A stretch of DNA of 59,397 bases from a virus. The DNA is taken from the IMG/VR virus record IMGVR_UViG_3300005882_000001, positions 1 to 59,397 of that record; one strand, 5' to 3'. Positions within the stretch are counted from its first letter, which is position 1. Each line of letters begins with the position of its first letter. This document shows positions 23,202 through 32,422 of the stretch, one piece after another. Both the position numbers and the translations under genes were made by a program. Under the pieces are notes generated by a model. It ran no database searches. It was not told the origin of the DNA and was given only the letters and a program-made list of their open reading frames with translations.

Positions 23202-25826
23202 ATGATTGACATCACCTTTCTAAAATCAGCGGAAAATATACCGTTGCGTAAGACCTACTCTCCAGATGGGGACAAGGCTTACCCTAACGTCGCCAGTTTT
23301 ACCTCTGAAACCGTGCAAATCCAACCCACGGCAGGGGGATTGCAGGCATTTTATAAACACCTTGAGGATTACGGCTCTCGAGGATGGGCCATGCTCAAAG
23401 GTAAAGCCAAATACGATATTAAAAAGCAAACGCGCAAAGGGCTTACCGATAAATTCGAACAAACACAGCATATCGTTCTTGATATTGATGGGTTTGAACT
23501 CGACGGCTATGACCCAACCCATAACACGCCAATCACTCAAGATTTTGTAAAAAACGTAGCCGAACAAATCATTAACTTATTACCAAAAGCGTTTAAACAT
23601 GTTTCTTACATTGTTGGCGTTAGCTCTAGTTTCGGGCGCAAACCAACGATTAATTTACATTTTCACTTTTTATTAACAAAACCAATCAGTCCAGCGGCAC
23701 TTGCCGATTGGTTTAAAGCACTGAACTTTGCGTTGCCTGCTGTCGAAAACCAATTACAATTATCGGCGTCAAAGAAATTTCTTAAGTACATCATTGACCC
23801 TGTCGTAGCACGAAACGGGCAGATTATTTATATCGCCCCACCTGAATACGACCGCACACCAGACCCGGTATTACCTGATGCGCGTTTGGTCTTAGTGGAA
23901 AAACAATTCCCGACCATCGAACTCGGCCCTCTTGTAGCAGAAGCCGACCCTGAAGTAGTGCGTGAAGCAACAAATAATAAAATCCGCAAGCTGTATAAAA
24001 AACTGGGCTTTCGTTACAAAGCACCTAAATATGTCACCATCCAATCAGCCGGCGCCAGTGAGCAAGTGCTGAGCAACCCAGGCAGGATGCGGATTGAATA
24101 TGCTTACACCGATGGTAAATACGCCAGGTTTAATATCAACAACGGCGACTCTAACGCTTACTGGATTTATCTCGATAATCCACGCATTATGTATTCGTTC
24201 AAAGGCGACGACCCGTTTGATTTTTCAGTAGCCGCTCCTGACACTTATCAGTGGGTACTCGAAAATCTATGTGGCCACAAAGCCGTACCGAGTATCTACG
24301 AATACACGGTAGTGCATGATATTGACCGAGATACTTATGCAAAAGTTATTTACAACAAAAACACCAATCAGTTAGTCGACTTTTTCACATCGAAAAAAGA
24401 CTCACTCGACGACTGGATGAAGTCCCATAACAAACTTATGCCGGACCCAATCGAACCGTTTAAGATTGACTTCGACCCTAAAGGTTCAGCAATCCAAGTT
24501 GATATAGCTAATCGTTATATAAACCGGTTCACTCCATCACGTTACTTAAGTGCACCGCCGACATTTGACCCGGCTGTAGAGTTCCAAAACCCATTGGAAT
24601 ACGGCTATGCCTATCAGTTGCACCAAAAGTGCCCGTTTATTTATAACATCATCAATCATATGATTGGTGGCGAACCAGTGACATTCGAACACTTTATTAA
24701 CTGGCTAGCCTTTGTTGTTAAAGAACGCGAAAAAGCACAGACCGCTTGGCTAATTCAAGGCACCACCGGCACAGGTAAGGGGCTATTTTTCAAGAAAATC
24801 ATGCACCCGTTACTAACCGAAGGCTCAAGCCCTGACTTAGTTCTTATGAAACGTATGGTTGACCTTGACGACCAATTCAACGGATATATGGAATCGTGCT
24901 TGTTTATGATGGTCGATGAATTTCGTATGGGTGATTCAAAGAAAACCCAAGCCATCGAAAACATGCTCAAAAACCAAATCACTGAGCCACTCGGAACAAT
25001 CCGCGGCATGCGCCAAAACCCCGTGCAACGCCGGCTCTATACAAACTTTATCTTCTCAACCAATGACAATGATTCTTTGATTATTGCCAGCAACGACCGA
25101 CGTTATAACGTAGCTGAGCGTCAAAACGTAAAACTGGCTGTGGCATTTCCTAATATTGACGATAAAAACGCCGATGGAAAAATTGAAGCTGAACTTGCCG
25201 ACTTCGCCACGTTTTTGAAGTTATTCAAATACGACATCAAAGCCGTGCGCCGCCCGTTAGAAAACCGGGCCAAACAACGAATGCGCGAAGCCAGTGCCGA
25301 TATCCTCAGCCTGTTTATCAGTCACTTGGAAAACGGCGACCTTGTTCACTTCACTGATGTGCTGTATGACCAACCGAAATCAGCCATTGAAGAAAAACTA
25401 TATGAATCGGTCAAACGAACCATTATTAAATGGGTGGCTTACGCCAATAACCGGTCAGTGTTTGCCGACCGTAATGAACTCCGCCATGTGCTTGAGTATT
25501 TCAGTAACCGTGAAATTCCGAGGAACCGATTCTCAAAAATCATGGCCGGTAGCCGCTTCCCAGAAGAACGCGTGAAAATGCAATCCAAAATTGCCCGCGG
25601 CTTCCATTTTGATTTTATCATGGACCAAGAAGAACGAGCGCTTATCCTAAGTCGTATGGCGTCCGAAACTGAACGGGAGCTATTCGCCCGTGATGGTATT
25701 GACCTTTCTGATTTAGAAGACGTAGCCCATCGTGCGCAATCTGTACGGTTTACGCCGCCACAGCAATTGATTGACCGAGTAACCGAAGCAACAAAAGAAA
25801 TCAAAAAGGCACCTAGCGATGACTGA
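23202..25826 (+). CDS. Bifunctional primase-polymerase (AEP) / SF3 (D5-like) helicase
   Basis: The N-terminal AEP motifs are IVLDIDGF (DxD) and INLHFHFLL. The C-terminal Walker A is QGTTGTGKGLF and Walker B is LFMMVDEF. 874 aa. Confidence 0.8.
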   Translation: MIDITFLKSAENIPLRKTYSPDGDKAYPNVASFTSETVQIQPTAGGLQAFYKHLEDYGSRGWAMLKGKAKYDIKKQTRKGLTDKFEQTQHIVLDIDGFELDGYDPTHNTPITQDFVKNVAEQIINLLPKAFKHVSYIVGVSSSFGRKPTINLHFHFLLTKPISPAALADWFKALNFALPAVENQLQLSASKKFLKYIIDPVVARNGQIIYIAPPEYDRTPDPVLPDARLVLVEKQFPTIELGPLVAEADPEVVREATNNKIRKLYKKLGFRYKAPKYVTIQSAGASEQVLSNPGRMRIEYAYTDGKYARFNINNGDSNAYWIYLDNPRIMYSFKGDDPFDFSVAAPDTYQWVLENLCGHKAVPSIYEYTVVHDIDRDTYAKVIYNKNTNQLVDFFTSKKDSLDDWMKSHNKLMPDPIEPFKIDFDPKGSAIQVDIANRYINRFTPSRYLSAPPTFDPAVEFQNPLEYGYAYQLHQKCPFIYNIINHMIGGEPVTFEHFINWLAFVVKEREKAQTAWLIQGTTGTGKGLFFKKIMHPLLTEGSSPDLVLMKRMVDLDDQFNGYMESCLFMMVDEFRMGDSKKTQAIENMLKNQITEPLGTIRGMRQNPVQRRLYTNFIFSTNDNDSLIIASNDRRYNVAERQNVKLAVAFPNIDDKNADGKIEAELADFATFLKLFKYDIKAVRRPLENRAKQRMREASADILSLFISHLENGDLVHFTDVLYDQPKSAIEEKLYESVKRTIIKWVAYANNRSVFADRNELRHVLEYFSNREIPRNRFSKIMAGSRFPEERVKMQSKIARGFHFDFIMDQEERALILSRMASETERELFARDGIDLSDLEDVAHRAQSVRFTPPQQLIDRVTEATKEIKKAPSDD

Positions 25827-26574
25827 GTTTAACCCGCCGAAAGGCATGGGCTTTCAGCCCGGTAAAAAAGTTGATGTAACTACGGTCAAACGAGAAACCG
25901 GCAAAGTAAAATACTGGGCGTTCACATCACTGATGAACTTCGAAGAGTGCCCGTACCGGATTTATTTAAAGTCAATCCGCAAAGTACAAGGCGAACAATC
26001 CGACGCCGCTAATCGAGGTAATGAAATCCATGACCTCGCCGAACAGTATGTGCGCAACCCCAATGGCCCAATTCCTAAAGAACTGGCTAAATTCGAAGAT
26101 GACTTTGCCGTACTCGTTGAAGCATTCAAAGAAGGTAAAGTCGAACTCGAAGAAAAATGGGGTATCACCCAATCATGGGAACAATGCACTTGGGAGCAGT
26201 ATGATATTCTCTGGGGGCGTATCAAACTCGATGCGTTTCACCGTGAAACAGAAACGTTCGCCCGCTGTATTGACTACAAAACCGGTAAGAAATTCGGTAA
26301 TGAACTAAAGCATGGACTCCAAGGCATGGTGTACATGATTGCCGCTTTCGCCCGTTATCCAGAACTAGAAACCATCAAAGTAGAATTCTGGTATCTCGAT
26401 AAAGGTGAGCGCCTTGAGCGGGTCTTTACTCGTAGCCAGGCAGAAGTATTGAAGCAACGTATCCATAACCGAGCGTTAGCGATGACTACAGCACACCACT
26501 TCCCACCAAACCCGTCTAAATCAACGTGTAAATATTGTTCATATAGAGAGGTTTGTGAATATGTCGAAAAATAA
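25819..26574 (+). CDS. PD-(D/E)XK nuclease, Cas4/RecB-like with a Cys cluster
   Basis: The motifs are GNEIHDLAE, IDYKTGK, an N-terminal EECPYR and a C-terminal CKYCSYREVC. This gives four Cys residues placed as in Cas4-type Fe-S nucleases. Confidence 0.7.
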   Translation: MTEFNPPKGMGFQPGKKVDVTTVKRETGKVKYWAFTSLMNFEECPYRIYLKSIRKVQGEQSDAANRGNEIHDLAEQYVRNPNGPIPKELAKFEDDFAVLVEAFKEGKVELEEKWGITQSWEQCTWEQYDILWGRIKLDAFHRETETFARCIDYKTGKKFGNELKHGLQGMVYMIAAFARYPELETIKVEFWYLDKGERLERVFTRSQAEVLKQRIHNRALAMTTAHHFPPNPSKSTCKYCSYREVCEYVEK

Positions 26575-26740
26575 TAAGCAGAAGACCCCATTCGATTACC
26601 ACCAACGACTACGGTTCGCGATGGAATCAGCACTCGAGTCCACACTGGAAGGCGAATTTTTTAATTCAGCCCGACTAAAAGATGTGGACGAAGCAATTAT
26701 GGAAATCATGCTATTCGTCGGAATTCAACAAGGAGAGTAG
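26561..26740 (+). CDS. Hypothetical protein (59 aa)
   Basis: ATG at 26561; the track start at 26555 is GTG. The ORF fills the gap before the helicase. Confidence 0.5.
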   Translation: MSKNNKQKTPFDYHQRLRFAMESALESTLEGEFFNSARLKDVDEAIMEIMLFVGIQQGE

Positions 26741-26741
26741 T

Positions 26742-28118
26742 ATGACTAAAGCTTTACCCCCTTGCTACCAACACCAAGAAGACACCGCGAACTTTTGGGC
26801 GCATCAATCTAAAATCATCGCCAACTTCTCTGACGCGGGCACAGGCAAAACGCGGGCGACACTCGAAGGCTATATACGGCGACCCAACCGCAAGCGTATG
26901 TTGGTTGTCGGAGCCCTTTCGATTCTTGAACCGGCTTGGTATCAAGATATCCTGAAATGGACACCTAACTTACGTGCCAGTATTGCTTATGCAGGTAAGC
27001 GCGAAGAAGCGTTCAACGCAGACACCGACATCGTAATTATTAATCATGATGGCGTAAATTGGATTAAAAAAGAATTAGAGAAAAATCCAAATTTTCTAGA
27101 TGACTTCGATACCTTAGTGGTTGATGAATCAACAGCGTTTAAAAACCGAACCGCAGGTCGGACCAAAGCGATATTTAAAATAGCTCCACATTTTGAATAC
27201 AAGGCTATCTTGACCGGTACACCTAACCCAAATGGACTAGATGATTTGTGGTCCCAGATTTATATCCTTGACCAAGGCGATCGCTTAACGCCGAACTTCT
27301 TCCATTACCGCAACTCAGTGCAAACACCAAAACAAGTGGGGCCTGACCCGCGTATGGTGAAATGGGTAGATAAACCCCATGCTCGAGACACCGTAGCAGC
27401 GGCACTTGCTGATATTACAATCCGCTACAACCTGGAAGAATGCATCGACATGCCAGAGTGCATAACCAAAGACATTGTGGTGAAGCTCCCGAAAAAAGTC
27501 ATGGATACTTACCACGACCTGCAACTCGAAATGCAAACGCTACTCGATTCCGGCGTAGTTATTTCCGCAGTGCACGCAGGCGCATTGTTGCAAAAACTTC
27601 AACAAATCACCACTGGCTGTGTTTATGCTAACGGCAACATGGAACCGATTTATGACGAGCGCTATGAACTTGTGCTCGACTTAGTCCAAGAAGTAAATCA
27701 ATCACTCGTAGCCTTTAACTACAAACACGAAGTTGAAGGCCTTAAGCGTGTCGCCGAAAAACGTAAAATCCGCTACGCTGTTATCAACGGCGACACTCCG
27801 GTAAACCAGCGTAATAAAATCGTAGCCCAGTACCAAGCAAATGAACTTGATGTTATCTTTGCCCATCCACAATCAGCTGGACATGGTCTAACATTAACTG
27901 AAGGAACGCGAACCATTTGGGCTTCGCCTACTTACAACGCCGAGCATTATGTGCAGTTAAATCGTCGTTTGTATCGTGCAGGCCAAACAAAACGGACTGA
28001 AATCATTCGTATTATTGCACAAGACACCGTGCAAGAACGGATATATAATAAACTTGACGGTAAAACCCAGTCGTTGGACGACACCTTATCGTTGTTGCGT
28101 GAATTAGCGCAAAAATAA
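26742..28118 (+). CDS. SNF2/DEAD-like SF2 helicase
   Basis: AGGAGAG lies before the ATG at 26742. The helicase motifs are SDAGTGKT, LVVDESTAFKN, LTGTPNPN, SAGHGLTLT and QLNRRLYRAGQ. Confidence 0.8.
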   Translation: MTKALPPCYQHQEDTANFWAHQSKIIANFSDAGTGKTRATLEGYIRRPNRKRMLVVGALSILEPAWYQDILKWTPNLRASIAYAGKREEAFNADTDIVIINHDGVNWIKKELEKNPNFLDDFDTLVVDESTAFKNRTAGRTKAIFKIAPHFEYKAILTGTPNPNGLDDLWSQIYILDQGDRLTPNFFHYRNSVQTPKQVGPDPRMVKWVDKPHARDTVAAALADITIRYNLEECIDMPECITKDIVVKLPKKVMDTYHDLQLEMQTLLDSGVVISAVHAGALLQKLQQITTGCVYANGNMEPIYDERYELVLDLVQEVNQSLVAFNYKHEVEGLKRVAEKRKIRYAVINGDTPVNQRNKIVAQYQANELDVIFAHPQSAGHGLTLTEGTRTIWASPTYNAEHYVQLNRRLYRAGQTKRTEIIRIIAQDTVQERIYNKLDGKTQSLDDTLSLLRELAQK

Positions 28119-28142
28119 TCCACCAATAAAAGGACCATCACC

Positions 28143-28505
28143 ATGGAAACTTTACTTAAAGACCTACTAAAAGCTGTTCGTCAGCATGAAAACAAAGCCG
28201 AACAATCAGCTGAATTACTAACCCAAGTAAATGAGCTGAGCCAAGAACTAATCGACTTAATCAGCGGCAACCAACAACCTACCGCTGAACGAGACGAAGC
28301 CACTGTAGCATTAGAGCGCAAAAAAGCTTCTCATAAGCTTGAGCGTTTAAACAGCTACGAACACAACAATGAGTTGTATCTGTTAGCCGACCGTGCAATC
28401 AACGAATTGTCACGCTTACAGGCAACTCTAAATGTCCAGTTTGAATCAGACACCGACGACACCGAGCAGTGCGAGGCGGAGGAAGAGGCTGTAGGGGCGG
28501 CATAA
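28143..28505 (+). CDS. Coiled-coil protein with an acidic tail
   Basis: 120-aa ORF ending in DTDDTEQCEAEEEAVGAA. Confidence 0.65.
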   Translation: METLLKDLLKAVRQHENKAEQSAELLTQVNELSQELIDLISGNQQPTAERDEATVALERKKASHKLERLNSYEHNNELYLLADRAINELSRLQATLNVQFESDTDDTEQCEAEEEAVGAA

Positions 28506-28891
28506 TGAGCGACTCTTACAAACTCGACATGGAAAAACTGATCGCGGACCTGTGCGAAGCACAGGACGCATATCGGGAAGCGCATAAAAAAGCCGAGGAA
28601 CTTAAGCGGATTTTTAATGCGCAACAGGAGGCGGTTCTGCATGTATTGGCAGAAACCAATAACCTCCAAGCAAAAGCCGCTAATCTTGCGACAGTGACAG
28701 CAGTTACCCGCCAAGTGCCTAACGCAATTGACTGGGATTCTGTTAATCGTTTTGTGCTCGATAATGAAGCGACTTACTTGTTCCAACGACGTCTTAACGC
28801 GTCTGCGGTACAAGAACTAGTAGCCCAGGGTATTGAATTACCTGGCGTTGAACTAGTTGACAAAACGACTTTGTCAATTAAGCGGTTATAA
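28505..28891 (+). CDS. Hypothetical protein (128 aa)
   Basis: ATGA overlap at 28505. The N-terminus is a coiled coil. The track start at 28469 is upstream and out of context. Confidence 0.65.
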   Translation: MSDSYKLDMEKLIADLCEAQDAYREAHKKAEELKRIFNAQQEAVLHVLAETNNLQAKAANLATVTAVTRQVPNAIDWDSVNRFVLDNEATYLFQRRLNASAVQELVAQGIELPGVELVDKTTLSIKRL

Positions 28892-28932
28892 CCACATAAC
28901 CACAGTAATCACAGTAAAAAAGGAAATCAATC

Positions 28933-29613
28933 ATGGCAAACAGCACTATGCCAGCAACAATCGCTACCGGTTCTACTTTACCAGCCCATTTGCAGTTGGG
29001 CTCGAACGCAGGTAACGAAAACGTTTCTACTTCAGACCTTCAAATCCCACGCTTAAAGCTGTTGCAAAAAATCAGCCCAGAGCTGGAAGAAGGGCATGAG
29101 AAATTCGTCAAGGGCGCAAAAGCCGGTCAGTTTTACAACACAGTAACAGGCAAAACCACTGAAGAATTGTATGTAATTAACATGCACTTCGCACGTGGCT
29201 ACTCTGTGTTCAAAAAACGCGCGAACGGTGGCGGCTTCTTCGGTGAATTTGAAAGCGAAGCGGAAGCAACAGAAGCAATGGTCGAAGCGAATGAAGACCC
29301 ATCGCAATTCGATATTGCAGAAAACCACCGCCACATGTTACTTTTGTTAGATGCTGACGGTAACGTCGACATGCCAGCGTTGATGGATTTTACCTCAACT
29401 AAAATCCGTACATCAAAAGCATGGAACTCAGATATCCAGGTCAATGCCGCAGGTAATTCGCCACGTTTCGGTCTTGTGTATCGCTTACACAGCGTCAAAC
29501 AGTCGAATGCCAAAGGTTCTTGGCATGGTGTAGGCTACGAGTTCGCCGGGTTTGCCAGCGAAGAGTTATTCGCGCAAGCAAAAGAGCAGTACGAAAAGCT
29601 CGTAGGCGCTTAA
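28933..29613 (+). CDS. Hypothetical protein; the position (last gene of the replication operon) is compatible with an SSB or annealing protein
   Basis: 226-aa ORF with an AAGGAAA RBS and a strong terminator downstream. No diagnostic motif was recognised, and the functional guess is positional only. Confidence 0.35.
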   Translation: MANSTMPATIATGSTLPAHLQLGSNAGNENVSTSDLQIPRLKLLQKISPELEEGHEKFVKGAKAGQFYNTVTGKTTEELYVINMHFARGYSVFKKRANGGGFFGEFESEAEATEAMVEANEDPSQFDIAENHRHMLLLLDADGNVDMPALMDFTSTKIRTSKAWNSDIQVNAAGNSPRFGLVYRLHSVKQSNAKGSWHGVGYEFAGFASEELFAQAKEQYEKLVGA

Positions 29614-29626
29614 TCTGAGTAGTTTT

Positions 29627-29650
29627 GCCCTCTCATAGAGAGGGCTTTTT
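29627..29650 (+). terminator. Rho-independent terminator
   Basis: gccctctc ata gagagggc forms an 8-bp G+C-rich stem, followed by TTTTT. Confidence 0.85.
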
Positions 29651-29726
29651 AGAGCACTCTTTCTGGAACTTGTGCTAACGTGCCTCTGTTACACAAACCC
29701 CGCTCCCAGTTAGAGTGCTCTAAAAA
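29646..29726. repeat. 15-bp perfect inverted repeat TTTTTAGAGCACTCT / AGAGTGCTCTAAAAA
   Basis: 29646-29660 is the exact reverse complement of 29712-29726, with a 51-nt spacer. Each arm contains the half-palindrome AGAGnnCTCT. Confidence 0.9.
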
Positions 29727-29963
29727 TGCTTAGCCATAAAAGGCACCGCCGACAGGGTTTACTTGCGAGCCCTACTCCTTATCGTAGGTTTGGTCAACTG
29801 CGGGCGGAAATCGACCACGTCAGAAAGTAGTTGTTGGTTACCTCGTCCAACAGACAGTGCAACGAGTAGCGTCATAAGGTTTCCACATGTCTCACACGAG
29901 CCAGAGGCCTCTTGCTGGTGCCGCGAACAAGAGGAAACTTCCACAATTATTAGGATTAAAACC
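29651..29963 (+). other. About 310-nt non-coding, hairpin-rich region (candidate structured RNA, leader, origin or regulatory region)
   Basis: It lies between a strong terminator and the AGGA-preceded ATG at 29964. Both overlapping track ORFs translate to C/W/S/R-rich implausible peptides. Several local stems are present, for example cctcttg/caagagg at 29908-29933 and tgttgg/ccaaca at about 29832-29852. Confidence 0.4.
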
Positions 29964-30209
29964 ATGCAAACTGAACAAACCCAAATCCACCAATTTACTG
30001 ACGAGCAATTGCAAGAGCATGACGCCGGTGTATTGCTAAATTTCATCGCTAACTTTTCGATGGAATGTTTAACCCAAGCAACCAAGCGTGACCATGTGTC
30101 AAAGACAATTAAATTGTCTGAAGAGCTGTTTTCATTCGCCACTGGCGAACGATTGCCTAATGAAATCCGCTCTGCCATGGCTTCGCATTTAGACAGGTTC
30201 GCAGAATGA
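29964..30209 (+). CDS. Hypothetical protein (81 aa)
   Basis: AGGA lies 8 nt before the ATG at 29964 and gives MQTEQTQIHQFTDEQLQEHD... The upstream part of the track ORF is judged non-coding. Confidence 0.65.
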   Translation: MQTEQTQIHQFTDEQLQEHDAGVLLNFIANFSMECLTQATKRDHVSKTIKLSEELFSFATGERLPNEIRSAMASHLDRFAE

Positions 30210-30658
30210 TTGAGTCAGAATATACTCGGCAATTTAATAAACGGCTCCCGGCCTTTATCAAGTCGTGGAAGATAAACGACAACTACCAAGGCGGGGTGCC
30301 GGATGCCTATTACTTTGTGCCGCATGCCCATGTCGAGTGGGAAGACAAATCGTACAAAGTAAAACCCGTTTCCATTTTCTGTGAGTTTAAGTATCTAGCC
30401 AAACTCCCGGTCAAACCAACCACGGTAATTAAACCTGACCTGAGCAAATTGCAAGTGGCTTGGCTTACTGACATTCGCAACTGCAAAGCGCTATCTGGTT
30501 TTGTTATTTTGGCGAGTGGCAACAAAGGCGTGTTGTTGACTTTACAGCAAGCACTCGACGGTATTACTACCGAATATTTTTTAACCTACGCACTTCCGTA
30601 CCAAGACCTCGCCGATAAACTGGCTAAGGAATTTTTAGATGAACCACATTTCGATTGA
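30206..30658 (+). CDS. PD-(D/E)XK nuclease, VRR-NUC-like
   Basis: The motifs are GGVPDAYYF, FCEFKY and LSKLQVAWL, matching the GxPD ... ExK ... Q pattern. Confidence 0.6.
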   Translation: MIESEYTRQFNKRLPAFIKSWKINDNYQGGVPDAYYFVPHAHVEWEDKSYKVKPVSIFCEFKYLAKLPVKPTTVIKPDLSKLQVAWLTDIRNCKALSGFVILASGNKGVLLTLQQALDGITTEYFLTYALPYQDLADKLAKEFLDEPHFD

Positions 30659-31214
30659 CCTTGAGACTTTTTCCACCGGACCGTACTCACTAATCACTTC
30701 AATTGGTATGGTCAAATTCGACCCCTACACAGGTGAAAAACTTGGTGAATTTTTCACGCATATTGATATTAACGACCAGATTCAGCGCGGACTCCGTATG
30801 GACCCAAATACAGTTGTTTGGTGGCTTCAGCAATCTGACGAAGCGCGTAAGAAATTATGCGAACCATACGATAAAACGAAGCTAATTCGACCTATCGCAC
30901 TTAGCGCAGTCGCCGCTTGTGAGGCAGTAAACCAGTTTCTGAACAAAAACGACCAAGTCGCGATTAAAAATCACACTATTGTCTGGGGCAATGGGCCAGG
31001 ATTCGATTGCAATATCCTTCGTGACTTATTCAAAGTCGTCGGCATCGAACCCCAGTGGAACTATTGGAACGAACGTTGTGTACGAACGGCAGTTGACCTC
31101 GCCGGTATCGACAAAAAGAAAATGAAGCGCGAGGGTGTCCACCATAATGCAATCGACGATGCTATGTTCCAAGCGCAATTGGTTGCTGAAGCATTCAAGG
31201 TACTCAAAGTATGA
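30639..31214 (+). CDS. DEDDh 3'-5' exonuclease
   Basis: The motifs are SIDLETFS (ExoI), GNGPGFDCNIL (ExoII) and HHNAIDDAMFQA (ExoIII, HxxxxD). An AAGGA RBS precedes the start. Confidence 0.8.
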   Translation: MNHISIDLETFSTGPYSLITSIGMVKFDPYTGEKLGEFFTHIDINDQIQRGLRMDPNTVVWWLQQSDEARKKLCEPYDKTKLIRPIALSAVAACEAVNQFLNKNDQVAIKNHTIVWGNGPGFDCNILRDLFKVVGIEPQWNYWNERCVRTAVDLAGIDKKKMKREGVHHNAIDDAMFQAQLVAEAFKVLKV

Positions 31215-31591
31215 CATCCATAGGCACCGGCCGTAATTCCATATATTGGATGACCAACTTGCTCCTGGCCGACGCGCTCGCGCGGAGGCTAGGTAATTCT
31301 CGCCACGCGGCAATCAACAGGTGCGCTCGTCGAGGGCGGGACGACGCCAAGGACCCTTGGCTCGCCGATACATTAAAAGAACTAATCGGCAAAGACCCGC
31401 ACATGATGTTGCTCGCTGTTCATAATATGCAAAATTCACTTATCGAAAGCCGAATGCTAAGAGCGGATGCTTTTTATGAAATATCAAAAGACGGAAAAAG
31501 ACCCCTTGGGATTACTCGAGTTCATAGCGCATTACCCAATCAAAGTCATTCCACTCGAACTGTATTGCAAAATATTCAGCGACACTCGTGA
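31211..31591 (+). CDS. Hypothetical protein (the 3' third overlaps the next ORF)
   Basis: ATGA overlap. The N-terminal two thirds look protein-like (LLLADALARRLGNSRHAAINRCARRG, possibly an HTH). The segment at 31250-31350 is locally G+C-rich. Confidence 0.5.
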   Translation: MTSIGTGRNSIYWMTNLLLADALARRLGNSRHAAINRCARRGRDDAKDPWLADTLKELIGKDPHMMLLAVHNMQNSLIESRMLRADAFYEISKDGKRPLGITRVHSALPNQSHSTRTVLQNIQRHS

Positions 31592-31754
31592 AGCCATCAT
31601 GAAACGCCTTACCCGCAAAACATGGGTAATGGGTGTGCATGTAAAAAAGCCGAAAGGCCAAAACAAGCTTTGGGTTGATTTACAAGAAATTGAAAACTGG
31701 GTGCGTGACACCCAACAACAGAGGAAAAAAGAAAATGGCACAAGTTCCAATTGA
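31476..31754 (+). CDS. Putative excisionase-like or winged-helix DNA-binding protein
   Basis: MKYQKTEKDPLGLLEFIAHYPIKVIPLELYCKIFSDTREAIMKRLTRKTWVMGVHVKKPKGQNKLWVDLQEIENWV resembles Xis/AlpA-like small DNA binders. Confidence 0.5.
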   Translation: MKYQKTEKDPLGLLEFIAHYPIKVIPLELYCKIFSDTREAIMKRLTRKTWVMGVHVKKPKGQNKLWVDLQEIENWVRDTQQQRKKENGTSSN

Positions 31755-31998
31755 ACGTTATAAAAACTTTTTTAGCCAGTTAAACGACGAGGGCTTTTCG
31801 TCTCAAGAAATCTTCAATTCACTTATGGCTATATCACTCCGTGTAGTAACCGATTTAGCCAACTCGAATGTGCTCGACACTGACTCCGACAATCGAGCAC
31901 GGGCCACTATTTCATTTAGTAGCCCGGAAGGAGAACCGCCAACGAATATCGTCTTTAATTTAGGAAAGGAATATTATCCTTCGCAAGAAGACCAATAA
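31735..31998 (+). CDS. Hypothetical protein (87 aa), last plus-strand gene
   Basis: GAGGAAAAAAG lies before the ATG at 31735 and gives MAQVPIERYKNFFSQ... Confidence 0.6.
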   Translation: MAQVPIERYKNFFSQLNDEGFSSQEIFNSLMAISLRVVTDLANSNVLDTDSDNRARATISFSSPEGEPPTNIVFNLGKEYYPSQEDQ

Positions 31999-32422
31999 CC
32001 CCTATGGGGTAAATATAGCGCATCAGAATACTGTCAATTTTCTCTTTCAAAGTACGGTGTTCTGTTGCGTTGTTTTCAATTCTATTTTCTAGCGCTTCAA
32101 TCTTAGAATCAATTTTGGACTGGTATACTTTCTCTTCATGCTCACAGTCCGCAACGCGGTGTTGTAACGCAACAAACTGAGCAGTAACCGTCTCTCGAAA
32201 TGCCTCAAGCGCCTTTACGCGTTCCATAAACATATCCTCGAACCGCTTAAACTGTTCTTGGTTTCTCGCCATTGATATATTCAGAGTCGTTTGGCTCTCG
32301 ACTAACTTCTCAATTGCATTATTCACATCACGCCGCCATTCCCGGCTTTCCGCCGCTTGTGCCTGTAACGTCTCATGTACAATCTCTTTAATATGCACGG
32401 TTTCTAGTTTTGGTTCATTCAT
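31955..32422 (-). CDS. Coiled-coil protein with a hydrophobic C-terminus, last gene of the lysis cluster
   Basis: 155 aa. The ATG overlaps the endolysin stop by 8 nt. The C-terminal segment is YIYPIGVIGLLA. Confidence 0.65.
   Translation of the reverse strand: MNEPKLETVHIKEIVHETLQAQAAESREWRRDVNNAIEKLVESQTTLNISMARNQEQFKRFEDMFMERVKALEAFRETVTAQFVALQHRVADCEHEEKVYQSKIDSKIEALENRIENNATEHRTLKEKIDSILMRYIYPIGVIGLLAKDNIPFLN

Noticed and set aside
29759-30178. 139-aa minus-strand ORF and the 5' extension (29763-29963) of the plus ORF
   Set aside because: The two are mutually overlapping and their translations are Cys/Trp/Ser/Arg-rich. A good AGGA-ATG start at 29964 explains the real gene. The upstream part is treated as non-coding structured sequence.
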